From contig CALSCP010002596.1 in NCBI GenBank assembly GCA_943704425.1, forward strand, positions 1 through 41,297: a stretch of DNA of 41,297 nucleotides, read 5' to 3'. Below, piece by piece: positions 1-9,500 of the stretch. Numbering within the stretch: the first letter of the stretch is position 1; every line of letters begins with the position of its first letter. The position numbers were made by a program, and so were the translations under genes. Source of the stretch: Ministeria vibrans ATCC 50519 (taxonomy: Eukaryota; Protista; Filasterea). The notes below the pieces were generated by a model. It made no database searches. It saw only the letters and a list, made by a program, of their open reading frames with translations, and had not been told where the DNA came from.

Positions 1-1465
1 GCGGCACGCAAGAGCCTACGCCTGCCGTCGACATGTACTCGTTTGGCGTGACGCTTCTGTGGACCATGACGGGGAAGACGCTTTCAGTGCAGCGAACACT
101 TCCTGTGCTAGCCGACAATGTGTCGCTGATGAGCGTGCTTCAGACGCTGGTGACCGACGACGCTGCCGGGCGTCCGACTGCTGCTCTCACACTGGCCGCC
201 GACTTCTTCTCGACAGACGTTTCGCAAGAGACGATTGCCCTTGAGCAGCAACAGAGTGAGGCGGCAGTGGCGGCAGAACAAGTTGCTGCGGAGATTCGCG
301 AGCGCCAACAAGTGCTACGCCAAGAGCAGGAGCGTGTGCAGCGCGCGGCAGAGGAGCAGGCAGCGCGCGAGGCTGAGCTCGTGCTCGAACGCGAATCAAG
401 CAAGGCGGAAGACGACGTGGCGCGACGCACATTGCAGGCACACGAGGCGCAGGTCAAGGAATCGGCTGCGAGGTTGCGCAAAGAGATGCAAGAGGTGCGC
501 AAGGACCGTGAAGCCGTCGAGAAGCTGCAAAAGTCGGTCAAGGTATGATGGATACTCCACGTCTTTTCTTGTTTCATCTTGCTCTGTAGCATCTGGTGTC
601 GCCCCCACTGCACTGGACACTGACAACGCTCGAGCAACCCATGATGAAGGATATGGCCGTGAGCAGTGAAGTTCAGGCGGGACTGGAGCGGTTGCTGAAC
701 GAGACGGCGGAGGCGGACACACACGGGGTTGGCAGAGACAGTCATTCTGTTCGCTTTCGGCGTTTCAAGGTGACTCGAGCTACCCGCATCGAGAACCCGC
801 TTCTGTGGCGAACGTACGCTTTGGAGCGACAACGAGTGGCAGACCAGTGGAAAGGCAAGGGGCAGCTGCAGGTGATGCCAGCGGTACGTACGGACTCGGT
901 GATGTGGGACGGACGTCAGCGACTGATGCAGGAGGCGGGCGAGCATTACCTCTTCCACGGAACGAGCGTAAGGCACAGAAGAAAAACGAATGGTATATCA
1001 CATCTTTTATCGTGTTTTAGGAGCTGTTCTTTGAGCAGATCAAGCAGCAAGGATTCGAGGAGCGCGTGTCTAACGCGGGACTGTTTGGACGGGGCTGCTA
1101 CTTTGCGGAGAAGTACGAGATTTTTGGACGCCAGTGTTCCCAAGCGCGCTGATAATCACCTTTGTTTTAGGTCGTCGAAAAGCGATCACTACTGCCGCGG
1201 ACAACGCTTAATCATCTTTGTGTGCCGTGTCGTGGTAGGCAAGCCACACACGGTCTACGCGAGGAACAGCAACATTGTGCGCCCCCCGTGTGTGAAGGGC
1301 CACTTTGATCCACACTTGTGCGTTGACAACCGCTGCGACAGTGTTGTGGCGCCATCCAAGCGGGAGGACGCGCGTGCCACGTTCTTGGAGAGGTTTCGCG
1401 AATTTATTGTGTACGATCGGCACATGGCCTACCCCGAATACTGCGTGGAGTATGTGCGGCAGTAG
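1..1465 (+). CDS. Protein kinase (C-terminal part) - coiled coil - PARP/tankyrase-like ADP-ribosyltransferase fusion; 5' end outside window; introns 543-589, 968-1020, 1113-1170
   Basis: Kinase subdomain IX (AVDMYSFGVTLL) and XI (RPTAALTL), then an E/Q/R-rich coiled coil. Removing three GT..AG introns keeps the frame and gives HYLFHGTS-ELFFEQIKQQGFEERVSNAGLFGRGCYFAEKSSKSDHY...REFIVYDRHMAYPEY, the PARP H-Y-E signature. Confidence 0.85.
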
Positions 1466-1553
1466 GAAGGTGGAGCGAGCGGCGGAGACCTTTTATCAAC
1501 TGAGAGTGGAGCCAGGCGCTAATGAGAGTGAATAAAAGATAATTTCTTGTGTG

Positions 1554-2469
1554 TTACCTGGTAGACTCAGGAGAGGAATTTTTGAAGTAACTTTCAAGCA
1601 ACCTTTCATTGATACAAGTCAACATAAGACTCTCAGTCGATATTACAGCACCTTGTGGAAGAGGAGCGAGTTGTTTCTTTAGCCAACCTACGACGTACTT
1701 GTTTCGCAAAAGTAGAGTCGATGAATTTGCGCGAAGACTTTGGGGTCGGGATAGCCTTTGGGGAGGCGTTAATGTACTCAAAGTAGGAACCCATGCCAAC
1801 TGAAGTAGTGGCAGAAAGCGGGCGAAGGTCGACAATGTTGAGGAGAAAGGTGAGAAAGTCGCGATGGCGTGCTGGTCCACCAAAGGCGCGAAGTGAAATC
1901 TTGTCGAACGGAAGTGCTGATGGTCTGCTGGACACCTTCGTCGTCGTGGAGGTCACTGACGTGCCGGAGGGAACCGCTGAAGGACCAGGGTCGTCGCTGT
2001 TGTTGTCCGAGGCGTCGGTGCGAGCTCTTTTGGAAGTCCTGTTTCTGGCGATTTGCTCGGCACTCCACGCCCGAAACATCGGCATGCTCTCCTTCGCCGT
2101 GTCGGCCGACTCAGCGACCATGTGGGATTGAAGATGACGGATCAAAGGTCCTGTACAGTCGCTGTGCTTGAACCGCTTGGGTGAGTCGACGCCGAGAGAG
2201 ATGCAAACACGGCACTCCCAAAATTTCTGGAGTTCTCCGTCCTCATTAGTGGTGGTTACGACCTTCCCTAGGGCTGTACTCTTGATCACCATGCTTGGGG
2301 AGTCTAAAAGAGAGCAGAAAAGGCAGCTTTCAAATAAAACTTATAAAAGTAAGAAACAGTAAGGTTTAGTAAGGTTTGAAGTCAAACCTTACCTTACACC
2401 TGACCTTACTATTTCTTACCTTACAGTAAGGTTTACAGTAATATTTGGTAAGGTAAGGGATCCACCCTG
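1554..2469 (-). mobile_element. Degenerate hAT-like transposon 5' portion (BED Zn-finger transposase fragment)
   Basis: ORF 1633-2292: WECRVC...LIRHLQSH (BED-type Zn finger) and DLRPLS..VGM..F...P..IP, typical of hAT N-termini. The frame breaks near 1640-1700. The minus-strand end starts CAGGGTGGATCCC at 2469 and is followed by many GTAAGG/CCTTAC subterminal repeats (2358-2460). Confidence 0.6.
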
Positions 2470-2611
2470 TAATCGTTGGAAATGCTCACTTTTCTTCTTA
2501 CCCTCCCCTCTCCACGAACGACTTCTACCAGATTACCCCAGCCACCAACGGCGGTCGCCTGCGTCTCACCCCAGTCGACAGGCGCCTTCTTGTGCAATCC
2601 AGAGTCGAGGC

Positions 2612-2880
2612 CTAAGTTCTCAGTGCGCCGCCTTCTGCGAAAACACAAAGCCGAACAGTACGTGTATGGGTTGTACAGTTGAGTGTGTGTGGTGTTCGTG
2701 GTGCCTGTTTTGTTGATGTTACCATCACGAAACACTGCTAATTCCTGCAAACGGGGTCGTTTCTGCAAGCACAACGTTGGGGGTGTATGTGTATAGTCAC
2801 TTTATTGTGTTGGCAAAGGAGGTACGATGGCGGAGGGCGGTGATTTCATGTGAGGGTCACTCTCGCTTATTTTTTTTTTG
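2612..2880. repeat. Dispersed repeat family copy (probably a degenerate minus-strand gene exon)
   Basis: Strongly similar to 19923-20170 (ccttctgcgaaaacacaaagccgaacagtacgtg...ggagggcggtgatt...ctctcgcttattttt). Partial copies at about 20667-20717 and 32793-32851. Confidence 0.8.
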
Positions 2881-3667
2881 TTTTCTCGTGATTCGCCTTG
2901 TATGCTGGCGCCTTCAAATCGCAGTGTTTCTTTACAGTCTTAGGGTTAGAGCTTGAGTACTGGGTGTCTGATGCGGTTGTGTAGACCGTGTTGGCCTGTC
3001 GTGTGTGTGTCGTTTGCTGTGGGGTTGGTTGTGGCCAATGACGGCTGTTGGTGCGAGGTGTTTCTTGTGGACAAAAAAACAACTTCGCTCGCTATCGCCT
3101 GGAAATGGAGGCATGCCATTTGTGCTTCAGATATGTCCGTATGTGCGTGTTGTGGTGGTAAAGGTGGTGTGGTGTTCTTAGCACACCAGGCCGACAGACA
3201 CTTCACCACCTTCCCTTTGCCGGTGCAGTCGTTTTGGTATCTTCTTTGTCCGACATTCCGGTCGAACTCTTCGATGTTCCGAGTCAGCAGTTCATATACG
3301 AAGTGAAAATGAAGGGGAGCTAACTCCCTGAGCGCCAATAGTCTGCAGTTGCGCGTATAAGCGTCGCTGTCACCTTGTGGCAAACAACTTTTTCCCAATC
3401 GCTCTGCTGCAAATCGTCTCATTGCGTCGATTATTGATTCGTACCCGATATGGCGGTGTTGAACTAAGTCTTTTTGAACGAATTATTGCATCAAGCTCGC
3501 TCTGTGAAGGAGTTTCAAGATTTCGGTTTTCGTTGGACATTGCCCCAACCACAACAGTCCTCTGTCGTCCTTCCTTACGGCTTTGGTCGGGAAGGTCGGT
3601 AATTTCGCTTTTCTCGCTCTGAATTTATGCACTTTTGGAGTGTTGATTCTTTTTTCGACTTTTGCAG

Positions 3668-4930
3668 ATGGGCTTTCCTTGGTCACTCCGCATTCTTTTC
3701 CTCTGCCTATGTTTTACAACTGCCTACGCGTTTTCTCTTCGAAACGTCTGGCATCGCATCACTGGCGGCAACATAGGAAGTGACATTGGAAAGAATATTC
3801 CGCGTGAGATCACCCTCCACTTCAAAGAACTAGAGTTGCTCGCCAACGCACTCACGGAATCCAGTGCGACCTTGGGCGAAAAGGGGTCTTTTATGGCGGT
3901 GCAGCTGCGCACCGCTGTCGGCGTTGCCTCGGACAGTCTTGATACGGCGTCGGGTCGGTTCGAGACACTCGGTTATCGAGCGCTGCTCTCTCTGGACAAG
4001 CTGGTGGACGTGATTCAACAGAGCGTGCACATGTTTCCGCAGCTGACTGAACTTCTGGCGGAACACGAGCGCAACGTCCTGCGCTCACTAGACACTATTG
4101 CACGTGCTATTGTGCACTCATCAGACAGCCTCTCGAGGGGCGTTTTGGGTGCATCAGAGAACTTCTTCTGGGGCTGCGTTGTGATGTCGGTGGCCGCAAT
4201 CATCATCAGCACCATGTGGATCACGCGCGGTGGCTTCGTAGACCTGCGCACGCTCTGTCTCTGTGGAGCGGCGTTGGTCGTGGTCGTTGTACTTGCTCAG
4301 CTAGGTAGTGCATATGAAGCCGCCCTAGTCCAGGCGAGCGCGGAGGTAAAAGCCAGTGCGGCAGCGACCGAGAGAATGCACCACCAAATGCTCACCACAT
4401 TTGCCATGCTCAACCATACCGCCGAGAACTGCACCTGCGCCACCAACGATGCCAGTCATGAATCTGCCGTTCCTACAGGCTCTATTATTCACGTTGCGCA
4501 CTCAACACCGCCAGCAGGCTTTGTCTCATGCGATGGTGCAGCGCTCGACCGCACCGCATACCCCGCGCTCTTTGATGCCATTGGCACATCTTATGGTGGC
4601 AATGGCACACCATTTTTCCACGTGCCCGATCTGCGCGGTGAGTTTATACGCGGGTGGGATGTTCGTGGTGACCGCCCCATTGGTAATCGACAGTCGTGGG
4701 CGATGGAGATCATTCGAGGCGAAGCCACGTCCTTGAGCGAGACGTGGGGAAATTTTGGGAAAGCTACTGGTGCGTTCGTCCATCAAGGCGGTCACGAAGC
4801 GCCCCTCACACCTGTTCACAATGACGTGGGCTCGTGTGGTAAGCTGTATTTCGACTCTTCTCGAGTAGTCAAGACAGCGAGCGAGACCCGTCCGCAGAAC
4901 GTAGTGCTTCTGGCGTGCATCAAATTTTGA
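3668..4930 (+). CDS. Predicted membrane protein: signal peptide, helical region, two TM segments, C-terminal phage tail-collar domain
   Basis: Intronless ORF from ATG 3668 (MGFPWSLRILFLCLCFTTAYA). C-terminus PTGSIIHVAHSTPPAGFVSCDGAALDRTAYPALFDAIGTSYGG...VPDLRGEFIRGWD...ETRPQNVVLLACIKF is the tail-collar/tail-fibre consensus. Confidence 0.85.
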   Translation: MGFPWSLRILFLCLCFTTAYAFSLRNVWHRITGGNIGSDIGKNIPREITLHFKELELLANALTESSATLGEKGSFMAVQLRTAVGVASDSLDTASGRFETLGYRALLSLDKLVDVIQQSVHMFPQLTELLAEHERNVLRSLDTIARAIVHSSDSLSRGVLGASENFFWGCVVMSVAAIIISTMWITRGGFVDLRTLCLCGAALVVVVVLAQLGSAYEAALVQASAEVKASAAATERMHHQMLTTFAMLNHTAENCTCATNDASHESAVPTGSIIHVAHSTPPAGFVSCDGAALDRTAYPALFDAIGTSYGGNGTPFFHVPDLRGEFIRGWDVRGDRPIGNRQSWAMEIIRGEATSLSETWGNFGKATGAFVHQGGHEAPLTPVHNDVGSCGKLYFDSSRVVKTASETRPQNVVLLACIKF

Positions 4931-5002
4931 CATAAACTATGATACAAAATACATCATAGAGAGAGGAGAGGAGAGGGAGAGTGTTGTTTTTTGAGAGTGA
5001 AC

Positions 5003-5318
5003 ATGGATGAATATGACCTCCGCACACTCCCCCACCTCTACCCCGAACTCCAGTGGTCGAAGCAAACGGCCCGGTACATGATCACCTTCACTCTTGTCAC
5101 AAATCGTCCTCTCGACGACACCCAGCGCCTCTTCGTGCTGCTTGCAGGCAACTTCTCAACGGTGTACGTGGGGACGCTTGACGATCGCCGCGTCGTGGTC
5201 AAGCAGCTCTTTAAGGGCGAGGAGTTGGCATTTGAGCAGGAGTTGCGGATGTATGGAGGACTGAAGACGTAGCAGGCGTACGTTCCCCTGCTGCATGCCC
5301 GTGGCACAATGGACGGCT
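5003..5318 (+). pseudogene. Fragment: unknown ~45-aa module fused to a kinase N-lobe
   Basis: GNFSTVYVGTLDDRRVVVKQL...FEQEL matches kinase subdomains I-III, with an in-frame stop at 5270-5272. The N-terminal module also occurs in the 39067-41165 gene. Confidence 0.6.
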
Positions 5319-5870
5319 TAAGTTACTAAGTTAGACTCCTTCGCCTGTGAAGAGGTTCGAATGAGGAAACCCGCCCAGATTCGCCCAGATTCGCGCACAA
5401 ACCGAACACGCTCAAGCATAGAAACTACAGTGTGAGTACGACGACATGGGTTTCGGTCTGACCGTCTCTTCAACTAAATACTTTCCTTCTCTATAGACAT
5501 TCGCATATTACTCCGTGTATCACTAAAACCGACCTCAAACCATCCAATTTTTCTAATTTTGAACCGATTTTTGGCTCCAAGCTGAACAATGCATTATCAC
5601 ACACACTACTAACTACATAGATGATACTTGATGGATCATAGATGTGTACTAGCAACACAAAGCACTCACAAAACCCTCGTAGACACTTTGAGGGGAAAAT
5701 TCTTGACTTACTCAAAAATACAAATTACAATCATTTTAAAGACATCCTCAGTCCTCATCATTACTTCACTATCACTCCCCAGTAGCGAATATTGTCATCG
5801 ATTATGCGTACTACCCAAAAAATATTCCGCCCTTTTTCGCATTTTCTCATCAACTCCGTTTTTCTCTTTC

Positions 5871-6348
5871 CAGAACACGGGTGTGACTGGAATGGAATGG
5901 ACCGCGGGGACTCCTTTTGCCGGACCATCGTCCTCAATGCGAACACACTCCGTGCCAGAACGCCACCAAAGGCTGCTCCTGGACGGGACTTCCTTCTGCC
6001 GTGAGCAAGCACGTCGACACAGAGTGTTCTGCGGCAGTTCGACCGTGCCAGTTTGCGAGCGTAGGGTGCAGTGAGAGTGTCAAGGAGCGCATTGGGCAGC
6101 TTCAGCGAGATGGTGGGCTTGTCCAACTTCAGACGCATGCCAAGTCGCTGCGAGGCGTCACAGAGAGCATCCAGGAGTCGCTGGGCACGCTGAAGCCCCT
6201 GCTCACCGAGATGCATGCCGGCCTGAAGGCTGACATTGCCGAGGTGGCCAACGGCTTCAAGGAGGTGGCCGGCGAGAGAGGGAGAGTGAACAAGAGAAAG
6301 AGAGAGAGTGTGCGTGTGAGGCGAGAAGTGAGAGGAAGGGAGAGATAG
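5871..6348 (+). pseudogene. TRAF-type zinc finger / coiled-coil fragment, frameshifted
   Basis: EHGCDWNG / DHRPQCEHTPCQNATKGCSWTG...HVDTEC...PCQFASVGC. One extra TGGAA at 5888-5901 separates the two frames. The sequence degrades into GA-rich low complexity. Confidence 0.65.
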
Positions 6349-7639
6349 AGAGAGAGCAAGAGCAAGGGTGAGAGAGCGAGAATAAAGGCGCAATCTTTGA
6401 AACCCATCTACGCGCCCGCCATTAAAACGACTCTCACACACCGCCCATCAATCAAACGACTCTCCCACGCTGCCCCATTCAAACGACACTCACACACAGT
6501 CCACATCAAGCAAGAGACCTTTGCCATTCTCCTCCGCTACTGAAACCCGCCCAGATTCGCATCGTGCGACACCGACGTCGCAGCCTACACGGTCGACGAA
6601 TATACACATACTGTTCGACTTTGTATTTTCGCTGAAGACTATAGTCTGAGAACTTCGAAATGCAGTGAGTTCACTGAGTAGGATATGGGCTGGTGGAGTA
6701 AAGGGCCGTTCGCCATTAGGTGCCATAAAAGGACTTAAACAGTATAGACTAGTATTAGAATGTCTGCCCAAATTCGAGCAGAGATGGTCCTCCCCAGCCC
6801 TATCTCTCTCACTCGCTCATTCTCTGTAACAATACACTAGATAGGCAAGAAAAAGAATAATACAAGAGAAAAGAGTGTTTATATAAAGGCTGGAGTGCGG
6901 ATTTGCCAATCGACCTTGCGCCACACCCGAAACATAGCATCGAGGACCGAGCTCTTGTCGCACAGGTCAACGATTGTCTTGGTCGCATGCTCGACGCCAA
7001 TGGAGTGGATGGATCGCCAGGGTGTGCGCAGATCGCAGTAGCGCTTGTGTCTGTGCCGAGTGCGGTGGACTACCTCGAGTGTGGGTAGCTCCATCGCCAC
7101 ATGCAGCAGCACGAAGAACTCGATCTCTCCGCCACCGCGTCGTACAACCACTGTCTCGTGAGGGTGCGACTGGGTCCGCGTGAGCATGCGGTTGGTGAGC
7201 CTCGCTCGACGACACCGGTGCTCTCCGTAACGCAGACGCACAAGCTCGTACAGCGAGTCGGTGAGGGACGCGGAGAAGGACTGCATCTGTCCGAGAGGCA
7301 CTGCCTTCCAGTCACAGGAGAAGCAGATGAACAGGATGCAGCAGTAAAAGAACCCTAACCCACCACGCACCGCCGCGCCGCCTCCACAAGCACTCAAGAC
7401 GGCAGCGAAATTGCTCGTTTCCTGCCTGTGAAAGTGTTCCCGTCGGTGTAAAGTATGACAAGGCGTTGGACATGGGGGGTTGGGGGAGCCTTAGGTGGCG
7501 AATTGAAGTGATCTTGGTGAGGGACTGAGGGGCTTAGGGGAGGAGGTTCAGTCGGGTTGATCGAACGAACAGAACAGCCTTTTTCAAAAACACTTAAAAG
7601 TTAAACACCATTCTTTCTCTGTTTCTTTGTCACAAAAGC

Positions 7640-8060
7640 ATGTCTTCACTACAGGAACGCATTCAAGAGGCTCGGACGTCCCATTCCTTGAACCTAAGGA
7701 ATATGGAGCTCACCTCTCTCCCGGACGAAATTCTAGTTCTTGCTGACTCTCTACAGGAATTGCTGTTGACAGACAACCCGCTTGGTGTGCTCCCAGACTG
7801 GATTGGACAGTTCAATAATCTCAAGGTATGGAAAGGGGGAGAGAAGGGTGAGGACTTCTCACGAGTCGGCGCTTTTTTTTTTGTTCTGGACGAAGCTTCT
7901 GGACGTCGGGAAATGCAAGCTCAAGACGCTCCCGGCAGCCATTTTAGAGTTGCGTGAGCACCTGGAGGAGATTACATACGCAGGGAATGAGGGATTCTCG
8001 CCATCTCTCGACAATCACTGTGCAAGTAAGAAGAGATTTTTGGTTGACAAGTGCTAAAGC
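7640..8060 (+). CDS. Leucine-rich repeat protein N-terminal exons (intron 7826-7895); possibly the same degraded gene as the downstream Tyr kinase exon
   Basis: LNLRNMELTSLPDEI..LQELLLTDNPLGVLPDWIGQFNNLK|LLDVGKCKLKTLPAAI is an LRR consensus. Confidence 0.75.
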
Positions 8061-8412
8061 GAAAGGTTTGTCTGTAGAAGGTTTGAGATAGACTGGATGA
8101 TTGCTTCAATTGATTCTAACTCCTTATCTTGCGCTTCTGGGCGTGGCAACGTTGGGCTGCTCAGTCTGTAAGAAGGCATCTTTTTGGACGATTTTGCTAA
8201 CACTCGCAACTTTTGCAGTTTGTAAGATGTCAAGAATTGAGTGTATATCTGACCCAATTTTCGCTCGATTCGCTGCTCTGTGCTATTTGGTTTAGGGCGT
8301 AAGTTTGAAGAATAGATCGAAATGGATGGTGACTGATTTGGACTGTGATTTGCACTCTTCTTTGCATTGTTTTAGACTGCATTGACAGTTATTGACGTAG
8401 AGAGTTGCGTAG

Positions 8413-8676
8413 GGTTAGTTCTCTGGAAAAAATGCTCAGTTCGCACCGATGTCTTGACACTCATTGACGTTGGGAGACGTTATGGTTAGATGTCTTGTAC
8501 TATGAAGTTTCTGCCCTAGGATTTTCAAAAAAAAAAAAGAAAAAAAGGGAGAGGTTAAGGTTAGTTCTCTGGAAAAATGCTCAGTTCGCACCGCTGTCTT
8601 GACACTCATTGACGTTGGGAGAGGTTAAGGTTAGTTCTCTGGAAAAAATGCTCAGTTCGCACCGCTGCCTTGACAT
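8413..8676. repeat. Three copies of a ~55-71 bp local repeat (ggttagttctctggaaaaaatgctcagttcgcaccg...)
   Basis: Copies start near 8413, 8559 and 8629; the third runs directly into the kinase exon. Confidence 0.8.
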
Positions 8677-8931
8677 TGTGGAGAAATTGGCAAAGGTGAG
8701 TTTGGAGTGGTTCTCAAAGCGGTTGTGGTTGACGAGCAGGGTCTAAATGCCAAGTATGTCGCAGTGAAAACTCTCAAGGAAGGTGCAACGGAAAAGGAAC
8801 GTGAAGACTACCTGTCCGAGGCGGGACTGTTGGCGACATTTGAGAACCCAAATGTCCTTAGTCTAGTGGGGACGTGCATCCACAATGCCCTCCTCTGCCC
8901 CCCACTTGGATCCGTGTGGGCCAGAGGGTGA
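8670..8931 (+). pseudogene. Receptor-tyrosine-kinase-type catalytic N-lobe exon, truncated
   Basis: IVEKIGKGEFGVVLKA...VAVKTLKEGATEKEREDYLSEAGLLATFENPNVLSLVG. No C-lobe was found downstream. Confidence 0.7.
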
Positions 8932-9041
8932 GAGATGTAGAGCTGTCTCGTATTATGCGACGCACGGTCAAAATTGTTTTCATTAAATAGAGGGTCGACA
9001 TTCCCTTACCCTTACCCCATACGTATATGTATATGTATAAT

Positions 9042-9273
9042 ATAGATAGATAGTACATGTATATACATACACGACTACTATACACAGGGAATAGTACTAA
9101 CTACGATACCCGTGCTCCACGAAAAGGTAACATGAAAATTAACCTTTATTCATTCTCTTTATGATTCCAACACTATTTGTAACTTATATTACATGTAACA
9201 TGAAAATGTTTCAATAATCATAGATAGATAGTACATGTATATACATACACGACTACTATACACAGGGAATAGT
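9042..9273. repeat. 54-bp direct repeat (9042-9095 and 9220-9273) in an AT-rich, probably TE-derived segment
   Basis: atagatagatagtacatgtatatacatacacgactactatacacagggaatagt occurs twice. Confidence 0.85.
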
Positions 9274-9500
9274 TGAAATTTGCTCCCGGTGAGGTGTGCG
9301 AGGAAACCACCAAGGGAGTGGAAGTCGCCGAGATCACTTACTTCGGCGTCGACGCAGCCGGCGATGTCGTGTTCCCTGCGTCGTTTCGGGCTGTGGGCGT
9401 GAGTGCCGTGGATGGTGTGGCGCTTGTGGAGGCGGCGCGGCGGTGTGTGGTGGTTTAGGTTCTTTTAGTAAAATTAAGAAAAAATTGATTGCATTTCATT

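Noticed and set aside
6410-6497. Three ~31-bp degenerate repeats (caaacgactctc...)
   Set aside because: Short low-complexity minisatellite with no supportable function.
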